Assembly: GCA_965205905.1 (NCBI GenBank) | Contig: CBDBHZ010000012.1 | Location: 7,869-71,868 of the forward strand | DNA: 64,000 nucleotides | DNA from: Alphaproteobacteria bacterium | Lineage (GTDB): Bacteria; Pseudomonadota; Alphaproteobacteria; JABAAW01; JAHZMA01 | Direction of reading: 5' to 3' | In this document: in pieces, positions 27,864 to 37,199 of the stretch | Layout: each line of letters begins with the position of its first letter | How positions within the stretch are numbered: position 1 is the stretch's first letter | Made by a program: the position numbers and the translations under genes | The notes under the pieces: model-generated | What the model saw: only the letters and a program-made list of their open reading frames with translations | The model's database searches: none | What the model was told of the DNA's origin: nothing

Positions 27864-27865
27864 CT

Positions 27866-29131
27866 TTACTCCATAATTTGTGCGGTTTCTAATACCGCAT
27901 GTAATAACACATTTGCGCCTGCGCTTGCCCAACTTTGCGTGATTTCTTCTGCCTCGTTATGCGATAAGCCACCCACGCATGGGCACATCACCATCGCGGT
28001 GGGCGCAACACGGTTAATCCAGCAAGCATCATGCCCTGCACCAGATATAATATCGCGATAGCCATAGCCGAGACGTTCAGCGGCATTGCGAACGGCTGAG
28101 ACGCAATCAGCATCAAAGGTTACAGGGTCAAAACCGCCCACTTGTTCAAAAGTGATGGCAAGCCCCATCTCATCACATAATTGGGTTGCTTGTGTTTTCA
28201 TTTGCGTTACCATATCAGCAATCACCTTCACATCAGGCGAACGAAAATCTACCGTGAACACCACACGCCCCGGAATAACATTGATTGAGTTGGGATAGAC
28301 ATCAATATGCCCAACCGCCCCCACAGCATTTGGTGAGTTTTGCCAAGCAATCAAATCAACCATATCCAGAATCCGCGCCATGCCTAAACCTGCATTATAG
28401 CGCATCGGCATCGGGGTTGAGCCTGTATGACTATCTTTGCCGATAATCTCAATCTTTGTCCAGCAAAGTCCTTGCCCATGTGTAACAACGCCAATTTCTT
28501 TGTCCTCATTTTCAAGAATAGGCCCTTGTTCAATATGAAGCTCAAAAAACGCTTTCATTTTGCGCGCACCCACAGGCTCATCACCAATCAGATTCAGCCG
28601 TTTTAATTCATCACCAAAGCTTTTACCGCTCGCATCACGCCGTTCGTAAGCCCATTCTTGTGTATGCACCCCTGCAAACACCCCAGAGGAAATCATCATT
28701 GGCGCAAAGCGTGTGCCTTCTTCGTTCGTCCAGTTGGTAACAACAATCGGGTGGCGCGTGTTAATAGCCAAATCATTTAATGTTCTTACCAACTCTAAAC
28801 CTGCTAACACACCTAGCACACCATCATATTTGCCACCCGTAGGCTGGGTATCAAGGTGGCTACCCACATAAACAGGCAAGGCATCAGGGTCGGTGCCCTC
28901 ACGTCTGGCAAACATATTGCCCATACTATCCAGCCCCATTGTCAAACCCGCTTGCTCGCACCATTTTTGAAATAATTTACGCCCCTCAGCATCTTCATCA
29001 GTAAGGGTTTGGCGATTATTTCCCCCTGCAATGCCCGGACCTATTTTTGCCATTTCCATCAAACTCTCCCATAAGCGTGGCGCATTGACACGTAACTGAC
29101 GGTTTGATAATTTTTCTATATGATTTGACAT
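27866..29131 (-). CDS. M20-family N-carbamoyl-amino-acid amidohydrolase, in context beta-ureidopropionase
   Basis: 421 aa with ..VGSHLDTQPTGGKYDGVLGV.. (Zn ligands), typical of allantoate amidohydrolase and N-carbamoyl-beta-alanine amidohydrolase. It sits directly upstream of dihydropyrimidinase. Confidence 0.8.
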   Translation of the reverse strand: MSNHIEKLSNRQLRVNAPRLWESLMEMAKIGPGIAGGNNRQTLTDEDAEGRKLFQKWCEQAGLTMGLDSMGNMFARREGTDPDALPVYVGSHLDTQPTGGKYDGVLGVLAGLELVRTLNDLAINTRHPIVVTNWTNEEGTRFAPMMISSGVFAGVHTQEWAYERRDASGKSFGDELKRLNLIGDEPVGARKMKAFFELHIEQGPILENEDKEIGVVTHGQGLCWTKIEIIGKDSHTGSTPMPMRYNAGLGMARILDMVDLIAWQNSPNAVGAVGHIDVYPNSINVIPGRVVFTVDFRSPDVKVIADMVTQMKTQATQLCDEMGLAITFEQVGGFDPVTFDADCVSAVRNAAERLGYGYRDIISGAGHDACWINRVAPTAMVMCPCVGGLSHNEAEEITQSWASAGANVLLHAVLETAQIME

Positions 29132-29182
29132 TACTTTACTTACCCTTTATAATATGCGTTTTATTGTTATGCTATCATTCAT

Positions 29183-29860
29183 ATGCCTGTATCCACTGCC
29201 CATTCCCCTAGCCGTATCCAACTTGCGAACGAGAAGAAAATTCTTGAGGCCGCCCTTGAGATATTCTCAACCTATGGTTTTCGTGGGTCGACGCTCGACC
29301 AAATTGCCAAGCAATCTGGTCTATCCAAGCCCAATATTCTCTATTATTTTTCAGATAAAGAAGCCATTCACCAAAGGCTGATTGCTGATTTGCTTGATGT
29401 GTGGCTTGCCCCCTTGCAACAGATTGAAAGCACTGCTTCGCCTTTAACGGCATTATGGGCTTATATTGACAAAAAGTTACAAATGTCGCGCGATATGCCC
29501 CGCGAGAGTCGGTTATTTGCCAACGAGATGCTACAAGGTGCGCCACATGTTTCAAATATTTTGAAACATAATCTAAAACTGATGGTTGACGAGAAAGTCT
29601 TGATAATTCGCGGTTGGATTGAACAAGGCTTGCTTGCCCCGCACGACCCTTATCATTTGTTGTTTTCAATCTGGGCAACAACGCAACATTATGCTGATTT
29701 TGCGGCACAAATCCACAGTATTTTGCCAGATGCCCCTCCTGAAAAACCTGCCAAACAACCAGCAGCACAAATTGATAATGTTGCCCAAGATAAGTTGTTT
29801 TGTGATGCTGAAAATTTTTTGAAGCATCTCTATTTATCGGCATTAACACCAAAAGCTTAA
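29183..29860 (+). CDS. rutR: TetR-family pyrimidine-utilisation regulator, RutR-like
   Basis: The HTH region ..ILEAALEIFSTYGFRGSTLDQIAKQSGLSKPNILYYFSDKEAI...DVWLAPL closely resembles E. coli RutR. It is divergent from the amidohydrolase operon. Confidence 0.8.
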   Translation: MPVSTAHSPSRIQLANEKKILEAALEIFSTYGFRGSTLDQIAKQSGLSKPNILYYFSDKEAIHQRLIADLLDVWLAPLQQIESTASPLTALWAYIDKKLQMSRDMPRESRLFANEMLQGAPHVSNILKHNLKLMVDEKVLIIRGWIEQGLLAPHDPYHLLFSIWATTQHYADFAAQIHSILPDAPPEKPAKQPAAQIDNVAQDKLFCDAENFLKHLYLSALTPKA

Positions 29861-31173
29861 CTCCTTGATTCTGCGGCTTTGCTGGCAGGGTTATTCGGAT
29901 GGGTTGTCCAATCCGCAAAATCGGGTGAAATCTTCAATTTGGTGCGCGGGTCAACATCACCCACTTGCATCGGCACCATCGTGATACATTCTTCAACAGG
30001 GCAAACATTCACACAAAGATTGCAACCCACACATTCCTCATCAATCACTTCAAATTTGCGCTCACCATTCACCATTGATGTAATGGCTTGATGCGATGTA
30101 TCTTCACATGCAATATGGCAACGCCCGCATTGAATACATGAATCTTGATCAATTTTTGCCTTTGTTACATAATTAAGGTTAAGATTTTTCCAATCTGAAA
30201 CATTCGGCACAGCCCGCCCGATAAGTGATTGTAAATTGGCATGACCATTTTCGTCCATCCAATTATTCAACCCATAAACCATCTCTTCCACAATCTTAAA
30301 ACCATAAGTCATCGCCGCTGTGCAAACTTGCAATGTAGAAGCACCCAACGTTAAAAACTCTGCTGCATCGCGCCATGTGGTAATGCCGCCAATGGCAGAA
30401 ATCGGTAGATTAGCCGTTTCGGGGTTGCGGGCAATTTCAGCAACCATATTCAGGGCGATTGGTTTTACTGCAGGGCCACACAGCCCACCATGACTGCCTT
30501 TGCCGTCAATCATCGGTTCGGGGCAAAAATTCTTTAAATCAACCGATGTGATGGAATTGATTGTATTAATCAACGATACCGCATCTGCGCCCCCTGCATG
30601 TGCGGCACAAGCGGGCTGGCGAATATCAGTGATATTGGGGGTGAGTTTGACGATAACGGGCATCCGCGTATGGGCTTTGCACCAACGGGCAACCATCTCG
30701 ATATATTCTGGCACTTGCCCAACTGCTGAGCCCATGCCACGTTCTGACATGCCATGTGGACACCCAAAATTAAGCTCGATACCATCAGCGCCCGTTTCTT
30801 CCACCAATGGCAGAATTTCTTTCCAGCTGTTTTCATCACACGGCACCATCAGCGACACAATCATCGCATGATTTGGATAATCGCGTTTTACCTGCTTTAT
30901 TTCGCGCAAATTCACAGCAAGCGGTCGGTCGGTAATCAGCTCGATATTATTCATAGAGAGTAACACGCGATTTGCTCCCCATGTTGCGCCATAACGTGGG
31001 CCATTCACATTGACGACATGTGGGTCTAACCCTAATGTTTTCCAAACCACGCCACCCCAGCCAGCATCATAAGCGCGCCGAACATTATATTCTTTATCGG
31101 TTGGTGGCGCCGAAGCAAGCCAAAAAGGATTGGGCGATTTAATGCCTAAAAAATTTGAACGAATATCTGCCAT
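29857..31173 (-). CDS. preA: NAD-dependent dihydropyrimidine dehydrogenase subunit PreA
   Basis: 438 aa with a DHODH-like barrel and two C-terminal 4Fe-4S motifs (CIQCGRCHIACED, CVGCNLCVNVCP). Confidence 0.9.
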   Translation of the reverse strand: MADIRSNFLGIKSPNPFWLASAPPTDKEYNVRRAYDAGWGGVVWKTLGLDPHVVNVNGPRYGATWGANRVLLSMNNIELITDRPLAVNLREIKQVKRDYPNHAMIVSLMVPCDENSWKEILPLVEETGADGIELNFGCPHGMSERGMGSAVGQVPEYIEMVARWCKAHTRMPVIVKLTPNITDIRQPACAAHAGGADAVSLINTINSITSVDLKNFCPEPMIDGKGSHGGLCGPAVKPIALNMVAEIARNPETANLPISAIGGITTWRDAAEFLTLGASTLQVCTAAMTYGFKIVEEMVYGLNNWMDENGHANLQSLIGRAVPNVSDWKNLNLNYVTKAKIDQDSCIQCGRCHIACEDTSHQAITSMVNGERKFEVIDEECVGCNLCVNVCPVEECITMVPMQVGDVDPRTKLKISPDFADWTTHPNNPASKAAESRS

Positions 31174-31223
31174 AAAACACTCCTATACACTAACCTTTAT
31201 TTTCTAATATGCAAATTTTCACT

Positions 31224-32594
31224 TTAGCCCGTTATATTCGCATGGATATTTTTAGCGGCATCACGCCCCATTGCAACGGCACTCACCGTTAAATCATCAC
31301 CGCCAGCGGCGCAATCGCCACCTGCCCAAATCTTATCCAGATTTGTTTTGCCATTACCGTCTATTTTAATGCGTCCTGCGTCAAAAGCAAGCCCCATCTC
31401 AGATAAATCACTGCTGATGGATTGCCCGATGGCTGCAAAAACCTGTTGCGCCTCAAGGGTGAGGGTTTCTTGGCTTGCCACCAATTTACCATCAACCGTT
31501 TGGGTATAGCGCATGGTGATGGCTTTCAGCTTGCCATCTTGTGTTTCAATTTTTTCAGGCTGTAAATTATATTTTAAGATAACCCCTTTGGCAGCCGCTA
31601 AATCTTGTTCCCATTGCGAGGCGTTCATTTTTGATTGTTCGCGCCGATAGCATAGGGTAACAGTTTCTGCCCCAAGTAATTTTGCTTGGATTGCCACATC
31701 AATGGCGGTCATGCCACCACCAATCACAACCAGATGGCGCGCCACAGGCAAAGTGGCTAAATCTTTTGCTTGCCGTATTTGTGCGATATAATCCACGGCA
31801 TTTGTTGCTTCCCTGTCTAAATTATTGGCTAAATCATTGTCTAAATCATTAGTATCGCCTAGCCCTAACCCTAAAAACACCGCATCATAATCTTTTTGCA
31901 AATCATCGAGCTGATAATCATGCCCTAATGCCGAGTCATTTTTAATCTGGATACCGCCAACCGATAGAATATAGTCAATCTCGGCTTGTGCAAAATTATC
32001 AACTGTTTTATAAGCCGCAATGCCATATTCATTAAGCCCGCCATTTTTACTTTTGGCTTCTAATATTATTACCTGATGCCCGTTTTTGGCAAGTTCATGG
32101 GCACATGCCAAGCCCGCTGGCCCAGCACCCACAACCGCAACTGATTTGCCCGTTGCTTGTGCCGCCTTGTAAAAATATTTTTTATCAGTGATGGCTTTAT
32201 CTGTGGCGTATCGTTGCAATCTGCCAATTTCTACGGGCTTGCTTTCGGCGGTTTCGCGCACACAAGCTTGCTCGCATAATGTTTCGGTAGGGCAGACGCG
32301 CGCGCACATGCCGCCTAATATATTCTGGTCAAAAATTGTTTTGGCCGAACCAAGCACATTATCGGTTGCAATTTGCCGAATGAACATAGGAATATCAATT
32401 TCGGTAGGGCAGGCGATTGTGCAAGGCGCATCGTAACAAAAATAACAGCGGTCTGCGGCTGCCTTCGCTTCAAATTGACTGTAGGGCGGGTGCAAGTCAG
32501 AAAAATTATCGTTGTAAGCATCGGCATCTAATCTTCCTGCAATAACGCCATCTTGAAATTTGCAATTTGCTACTGTTTGTGGGCTTTTTGTCAT
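31224..32594 (-). CDS. preT: NAD-dependent dihydropyrimidine dehydrogenase subunit PreT (GltD-like)
   Basis: 456 aa with an Fe-S motif (..CYFCYDAPCTIACPTEIDIP..) and a dinucleotide fold (VAVVGAGPAGLACA). Confidence 0.88.
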   Translation of the reverse strand: MTKSPQTVANCKFQDGVIAGRLDADAYNDNFSDLHPPYSQFEAKAAADRCYFCYDAPCTIACPTEIDIPMFIRQIATDNVLGSAKTIFDQNILGGMCARVCPTETLCEQACVRETAESKPVEIGRLQRYATDKAITDKKYFYKAAQATGKSVAVVGAGPAGLACAHELAKNGHQVIILEAKSKNGGLNEYGIAAYKTVDNFAQAEIDYILSVGGIQIKNDSALGHDYQLDDLQKDYDAVFLGLGLGDTNDLDNDLANNLDREATNAVDYIAQIRQAKDLATLPVARHLVVIGGGMTAIDVAIQAKLLGAETVTLCYRREQSKMNASQWEQDLAAAKGVILKYNLQPEKIETQDGKLKAITMRYTQTVDGKLVASQETLTLEAQQVFAAIGQSISSDLSEMGLAFDAGRIKIDGNGKTNLDKIWAGGDCAAGGDDLTVSAVAMGRDAAKNIHANITG

Positions 32595-32667
32595 CTGTTG
32601 CTCCTTATATTATAATCCCTGACTATAGGCATCTTAACATAGTCAAATCGTTGTAAGCAAGAATTAT

Positions 32668-32683
32668 TTTATCATTTGGTAAA
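32668..32683. promoter_or_regulatory. Candidate RutR operator, TTTATCATTTGGTAAA
   Basis: An imperfect palindrome matches 11 of 14 defined positions of the E. coli RutR box TTGACCAnnTGGTCAA as I recall it. It sits in the divergent preT / cytosine-deaminase intergenic region. Confidence 0.3.
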
Positions 32684-32746
32684 AAAAATGCTTGCAATCA
32701 TGTTTTTTTTAATATATCTATAAGAAATAAGCAAGGATATAAGTGA

Positions 32747-33211
32747 ATGACAGAAAAAATAACATTAAACGAGATTGATAGAAAATTCTTAGATATTGCT
32801 ATCAATGAAGCAAAAGCAGGGCTTAGCGTAGGCGGCATACCGATTGGTTCATCATTACGACGGGGTGATAATCTGGTTGGCAAAGGGCATAATCAGCGCG
32901 TTCAAAAAGGCGATGCGATGACTCATGCCGAGATTGATTGTATGCGAAATGCCGGACGCCAAAAGACTTACAAAGATACAACATTATATTCAACATTGGC
33001 ACCATGCTATATGTGTTCTGGCACTGCTGTGCAGTTTGGAGTGCCGCGTATTATTGTGGGTGAAGATAAAACTTTCCCCGGCGCACTTGAATTTTTGCGT
33101 GAACATGGTATTGAAGTAATTGTAGTGAATGATGAAACATGTATTTCTATGATGGAACAATTCATCAATGATAGTCCCGAACTGTGGAATGAGGATATCG
33201 GAGAAGATTAG
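32747..33211 (+). CDS. Cytosine deaminase, yeast Fcy1-type (CDA-fold)
   Basis: 154 aa with zinc motifs HAE and PCYMCSG. It resembles S. cerevisiae Fcy1 from end to end (..YKDTTLYSTLAPCYMCSGT.., ..IIVGE.., C-terminal ..WNEDIGE). Confidence 0.85.
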   Translation: MTEKITLNEIDRKFLDIAINEAKAGLSVGGIPIGSSLRRGDNLVGKGHNQRVQKGDAMTHAEIDCMRNAGRQKTYKDTTLYSTLAPCYMCSGTAVQFGVPRIIVGEDKTFPGALEFLREHGIEVIVVNDETCISMMEQFINDSPELWNEDIGED

Positions 33212-33276
33212 GTTTCGTTGGAAGCTCATCTCATTACACACATATATATTCATAATTTATGAAGGAGTTTAATATT

Positions 33277-34269
33277 ATGAAAATTTTAACAAAAACAATG
33301 AAGCAAAGTCTTGCCATTTTTGGTCTGGCTTGCACATTGGCTTTAAGTATGAATGTTGCCCATGCTGCGAAAGTAAAAGTGGCTGCGATTTATACTTTGC
33401 CTGTTGAACAGCAATGGATTGGACGGATTCATCAAGCGCTCAAAGCAGCTGAAAAACGTGGCGATATTGAGTATCAATATTCTGAAAATGTTGCCAATAA
33501 CGATTATGAGCGTGTGATGAGGCAATATGCCGAACAAGGCGCGCAACTGATTGTTGGTGAAGTGTTTGGTCTTGAGCGTGCTGCCCGTAAAGTTGCTGCT
33601 GCTTATCCCAAAACCGCCTTTTTGATGGGGTCTTCATTTGGTCCCAAAGGTCCGAATTTTTCAGTTTTTGATAATTGGATTCACGAACCTAGCTATCTGA
33701 CTGGCATGGTTGCAGGCGCGCTTACCAAAACCAATAAAATCGGTTTGGTTGGCGGTTATGCCATTCCTGAAGTGAACCGCTTGATGCACGCTTTCATGGA
33801 TGGTGCGCGTGAAGTTAATCCTAAAGTGCAATTTACTGTTACCTTTATTGATAGCTGGTATGACCCTCCCAAAGCAAAAGAAAGCGCGTTTGCGATGATT
33901 GATGCGGGTGCGGATATTATGTATGCAGAACGTTTTGGCGTGGCTGATGCGGCTGTTGAACGCAAGATAAAAGCGATTGGTAATGTGATTGATACATCAA
34001 AAGATTATCCTAAAACGATATTATCTTCTGCGCTTTGGCATATGGAACCAACGATTGACCGTGCCATTAAAGCAGTGGCTGAAGGTAAATTTGAAGCTGC
34101 TGATTATGGGCAATATAGCTTCATGTCTTACGGTGGTGGTTCTGTTGTGGTTGATAAAAAACTAGTTCCCTCTAAAATTAGGAAACAAGTTGAAAAAAGA
34201 GAAAAAGAAATCCTTGATGGTTTGTTCCGCGTTAATGTGAACGACGCACAACCCAAATCGGGTAAATAA
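33277..34269 (+). CDS. BMP-family (PnrA/Med-like) ABC substrate-binding protein, nucleoside/nucleobase type
   Basis: GAAGGAG (33261-33267) favours ATG 33277 over the track start 33259. The signal peptide ends AHA. ..VGGYAIPEVNRLMHAFMDGAREVNP.. is typical of the BMP family. Confidence 0.82.
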   Translation: MKILTKTMKQSLAIFGLACTLALSMNVAHAAKVKVAAIYTLPVEQQWIGRIHQALKAAEKRGDIEYQYSENVANNDYERVMRQYAEQGAQLIVGEVFGLERAARKVAAAYPKTAFLMGSSFGPKGPNFSVFDNWIHEPSYLTGMVAGALTKTNKIGLVGGYAIPEVNRLMHAFMDGAREVNPKVQFTVTFIDSWYDPPKAKESAFAMIDAGADIMYAERFGVADAAVERKIKAIGNVIDTSKDYPKTILSSALWHMEPTIDRAIKAVAEGKFEAADYGQYSFMSYGGGSVVVDKKLVPSKIRKQVEKREKEILDGLFRVNVNDAQPKSGK

Positions 34270-34298
34270 TTTTATCAACACGATAGAATAAAAATCAA

Positions 34299-34327
34299 GC
34301 CCGTGCTTTAAGTTTAACGGCACGGGC
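34299..34327 (+). promoter_or_regulatory. Intercistronic stem-loop between the binding-protein and ATPase genes
   Basis: GCCCGTGC (34299-34306) pairs with GCACGGGC (34320-34327) across a 13-nt loop, with no U-tract. This fits a partial terminator or mRNA-stabilising hairpin that raises the SBP:transporter ratio. Confidence 0.45.
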
Positions 34328-34347
34328 AAGATTTAAGGTAAAATATA

Positions 34348-36102
34348 ATGACACAGTCCGCGATAGTTACGCCCATACTCCGCTTGCAAAATCTTTCAAA
34401 AAAATTTGGCAATAATCAAGCGAATGATGCGATTAGCCTCGATATTTATCAGGGCAAAATCTTGGCATTATTAGGCGAGAATGGGGCGGGCAAAACCACA
34501 TTGGTTAATATTTTATTCGGGCATTATTTGCCTGATAGTGGCAAAATAACAATCGCAAAAAATCTATTACCGGCATCGATGCAGGCGCAAACAGATACAG
34601 ATAGTGATATGCTATCATTGCCATTAGGCAACCCGCAAACTGCGATTAAAGCAGGCATTGGTATGGTGCATCAGCATTTTACGCTGGCAGAAAATCTTAA
34701 TGCACTTGATAATATTATGCTGGGCGCAGAACCTCTCTTTCGCTGGAAGCGCAATATTTCTGAAACGCGCACAAAGTTAGAAACATTAATGCAGCAGACA
34801 GGGCTTCACGTGCCATTAGATGAAAAAGCATCGCATCTATCGGTTGGCGAACGGCAACGTGTTGAAATCTTAAAAGCCTTATTTGCAGATGCAAAAATTT
34901 TAGTATTAGACGAGCCGACCGCAGTGTTAACCCCGCAAGAGGCAACAAGTCTGTTTGAAAATCTTCGCACCTTAACAAAAAAAGGGCTTTCAATTATTTT
35001 CATTTCTCATAAATTGCATGAGGTTATCGCATTTTCTGACCATATCGCCATTTTAAGGAATGGTAAAAAAGTATCGGAAATGCAAACGTCGGATGCTGAT
35101 GAAAAGAAAATCACCTATGCGATGGTTGGTAGAACTGCTTCTAAAACTGTCTTCAAATCTGATAAAAAACAGGCGAAAACCCGCACACGCCACGATATAA
35201 GATGCCAGTTTGATAAGGTTTGCATGAAAGGCAATAGCCAACGTGCCAGCTTGAAACAAGTTTCTTTTGACCTGTATGACCATGAGATTCTAGGCATTGC
35301 AGGGGTTTCAGGTAATGGGCAGAAACTGATTGCCGACTGCCTTTCGGGATTGCGCGCACCACAATCGGGCACGATTCAGCTCAATGGCTCAGCAGTCAAA
35401 AACTATAATCCTGCATCTATGATTAAAGCAGGAGTGGGGCGTATCCCCGAAGATAGGCATCATATGGGTGTGATTGGCAATATGAATTTTGCTGAAAATC
35501 TTGTGATTGAACGGCTTGATAGTCCAGAATTTCAACGATATGGCTTTTTGAAAAGCCGTGCAATTCAAACCCATGCCGAACAGCTTCGTGAAAAATATGA
35601 TGTGCGCGGGGTTAGTAAAAATAGTTTGGTGCGGTTGCTTTCTGGTGGCAATATGCAAAAACTTATTCTGGCGCGTATTTTTCAAAATAACCCAAAGATT
35701 ATTTTAGCCAACCAACCAACACGTGGCTTAGATGTAAAAGCGGCAGGTGATGTGTATCAAAAACTGCTTGATGCCCGTAATGAAGGCAATTCTGTTATTT
35801 TAATATCAGAGGATTTAGATGAAATTCTAACGATAGCCGACCGCATCATGGTGATACAAAATGGGCAGTTAAAGCTGGCAGAAAAGCGCACCCGTGCGAT
35901 GATTGGGCTGATGATGGCAGGGGATACCCCACCACAAGAAGCGGTTAAGGCGGACTCATTGCCAAAAGAAATTAAAAAAGCGATAGTTAAAAAACCCGCA
36001 ACCAAAAAAACTGAAACCAAAAAACCAACAACCAAGAAAGCGGCAGTTAAAAAAACACCGACTAAAAAGACATCAGCCAAGAAAGTTAAGGGGCAAGCAT
36101 GA
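34348..36102 (+). CDS. ABC transporter ATP-binding protein (duplicated ABC domains) with a lysine-rich C-terminal tail
   Basis: Walker A motifs GENGAGKTT and GVSGNGQ and signatures LSVGERQ and LSGGNMQ. The tail reads KEIKKAIVKKPATKKTETKKPTTKKAAVKKTPTKKTSAKKVKGQA. Confidence 0.9.
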   Translation: MTQSAIVTPILRLQNLSKKFGNNQANDAISLDIYQGKILALLGENGAGKTTLVNILFGHYLPDSGKITIAKNLLPASMQAQTDTDSDMLSLPLGNPQTAIKAGIGMVHQHFTLAENLNALDNIMLGAEPLFRWKRNISETRTKLETLMQQTGLHVPLDEKASHLSVGERQRVEILKALFADAKILVLDEPTAVLTPQEATSLFENLRTLTKKGLSIIFISHKLHEVIAFSDHIAILRNGKKVSEMQTSDADEKKITYAMVGRTASKTVFKSDKKQAKTRTRHDIRCQFDKVCMKGNSQRASLKQVSFDLYDHEILGIAGVSGNGQKLIADCLSGLRAPQSGTIQLNGSAVKNYNPASMIKAGVGRIPEDRHHMGVIGNMNFAENLVIERLDSPEFQRYGFLKSRAIQTHAEQLREKYDVRGVSKNSLVRLLSGGNMQKLILARIFQNNPKIILANQPTRGLDVKAAGDVYQKLLDARNEGNSVILISEDLDEILTIADRIMVIQNGQLKLAEKRTRAMIGLMMAGDTPPQEAVKADSLPKEIKKAIVKKPATKKTETKKPTTKKAAVKKTPTKKTSAKKVKGQA

Positions 36103-37199
36103 TACGGATAGAACCACGCACCGAATTCTCGCGTAAGCTAACAATCGGCATCCCATTTATTGCCGCGCTTGTTGCGTTATTATTGGCAGCCATTCCCATT
36201 GCTTTTACGGGTGCAAGCGTGATTGCAGGCTATGGGCATATGGTTAAAGGGGTGTTTGGCTCGCTCTTTGTGTTTACCGAAATGCTCACCCGTGCCACCC
36301 CATTGATTTTCACAGGGCTAGCGGCGGCAATTGCTTTTAGGGCAAGGCTTTGGAATATTGGCGCAGAAGGACAGCTTTATTTGGGTGCATTGGGTGCGGT
36401 ATGTATCGGCACTGGTATTATCAACGTTCCCGCGCCATTGCTTCTGCCCGCAATCATCATTGTTGGCGCGTTATTTGGTGCTATCGGCATGATTGGTCCC
36501 GCCATATTGAAAGCGCGGTTTAATGCTGACGAGGTGGTAACAACCTTATTGCTGAATTTTATCATTGTTATTTTTGTGCAAATGATGTTAGAGGGTGTGC
36601 TGAAAGACCCTTATGGGCTTGGTTGGCCACAATCGGAACCCATTCTTGAGGGTGGCATGTTTGCGCCATTGGTGCCAAGAATGCGGCTTCATGGCGGTTT
36701 TATTCTAGCCATTATTTTGGTGATTGCTGCCCATATCGCGCTTCATCATACGGTTTGGGGATTGAAAATCAGAGCGGTTGGTGAGAATATCAATGCTGCC
36801 AGACATGCGGGTATTTCAGTGAATGTTACTCTGTTAAGTGTCGCCATGATTTCGGGCGCTTGTGCAGGGCTTGCAGGGGTAAGCGAAGTGGCAGGATTGA
36901 AAGGCTATCTAACAGCTGATATATCACCGGGCTTTGGTTATGCAGGGATTGTGGTGGCAATGCTAGCAGGACTATCACCTATCGGGGTTTTTATTTCAGC
37001 CATCTTTATCGCATCGGTTTTTGTGGGTGCTGATAGTATGAGCCGTGCCTTAGATGTCTCGAATTATCTTGCCGACCTTGTGGTCGCATTATCGTTAATT
37101 TGTGTGCTTATTGGCGGGTTTGTCTCACGTTTTAAAATCATTAAAAAAACACCTGTCGCCGATAATATCAAGAGTGAAGGAGACGCTTCAAATGGATAG
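36099..37199 (+). CDS. ABC transporter permease (BMP/sugar-type)
   Basis: 366 aa and polytopic. The ATGA overlaps the ATPase stop. Confidence 0.88.
   Translation: MIRIEPRTEFSRKLTIGIPFIAALVALLLAAIPIAFTGASVIAGYGHMVKGVFGSLFVFTEMLTRATPLIFTGLAAAIAFRARLWNIGAEGQLYLGALGAVCIGTGIINVPAPLLLPAIIIVGALFGAIGMIGPAILKARFNADEVVTTLLLNFIIVIFVQMMLEGVLKDPYGLGWPQSEPILEGGMFAPLVPRMRLHGGFILAIILVIAAHIALHHTVWGLKIRAVGENINAARHAGISVNVTLLSVAMISGACAGLAGVSEVAGLKGYLTADISPGFGYAGIVVAMLAGLSPIGVFISAIFIASVFVGADSMSRALDVSNYLADLVVALSLICVLIGGFVSRFKIIKKTPVADNIKSEGDASNG

Noticed and set aside
27864-27932. 5' extension of the dihydropyrimidinase ORF (MGKRRRKCVITCGIRNRTNYGVK...)
   Set aside because: The extension overlaps the 3' end of the upstream amidohydrolase gene. 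The conserved N-terminus (MSKVIKNGTV) begins at ATG 27863/27860, immediately after the upstream stop.
29208-29918. 236-aa minus-strand ORF spanning the whole of rutR
   Set aside because: The plus-strand product has a clear TetR/RutR HTH and full-length family resemblance. The antisense ORF is low-complexity with no recognisable motif, and would overlap preA.
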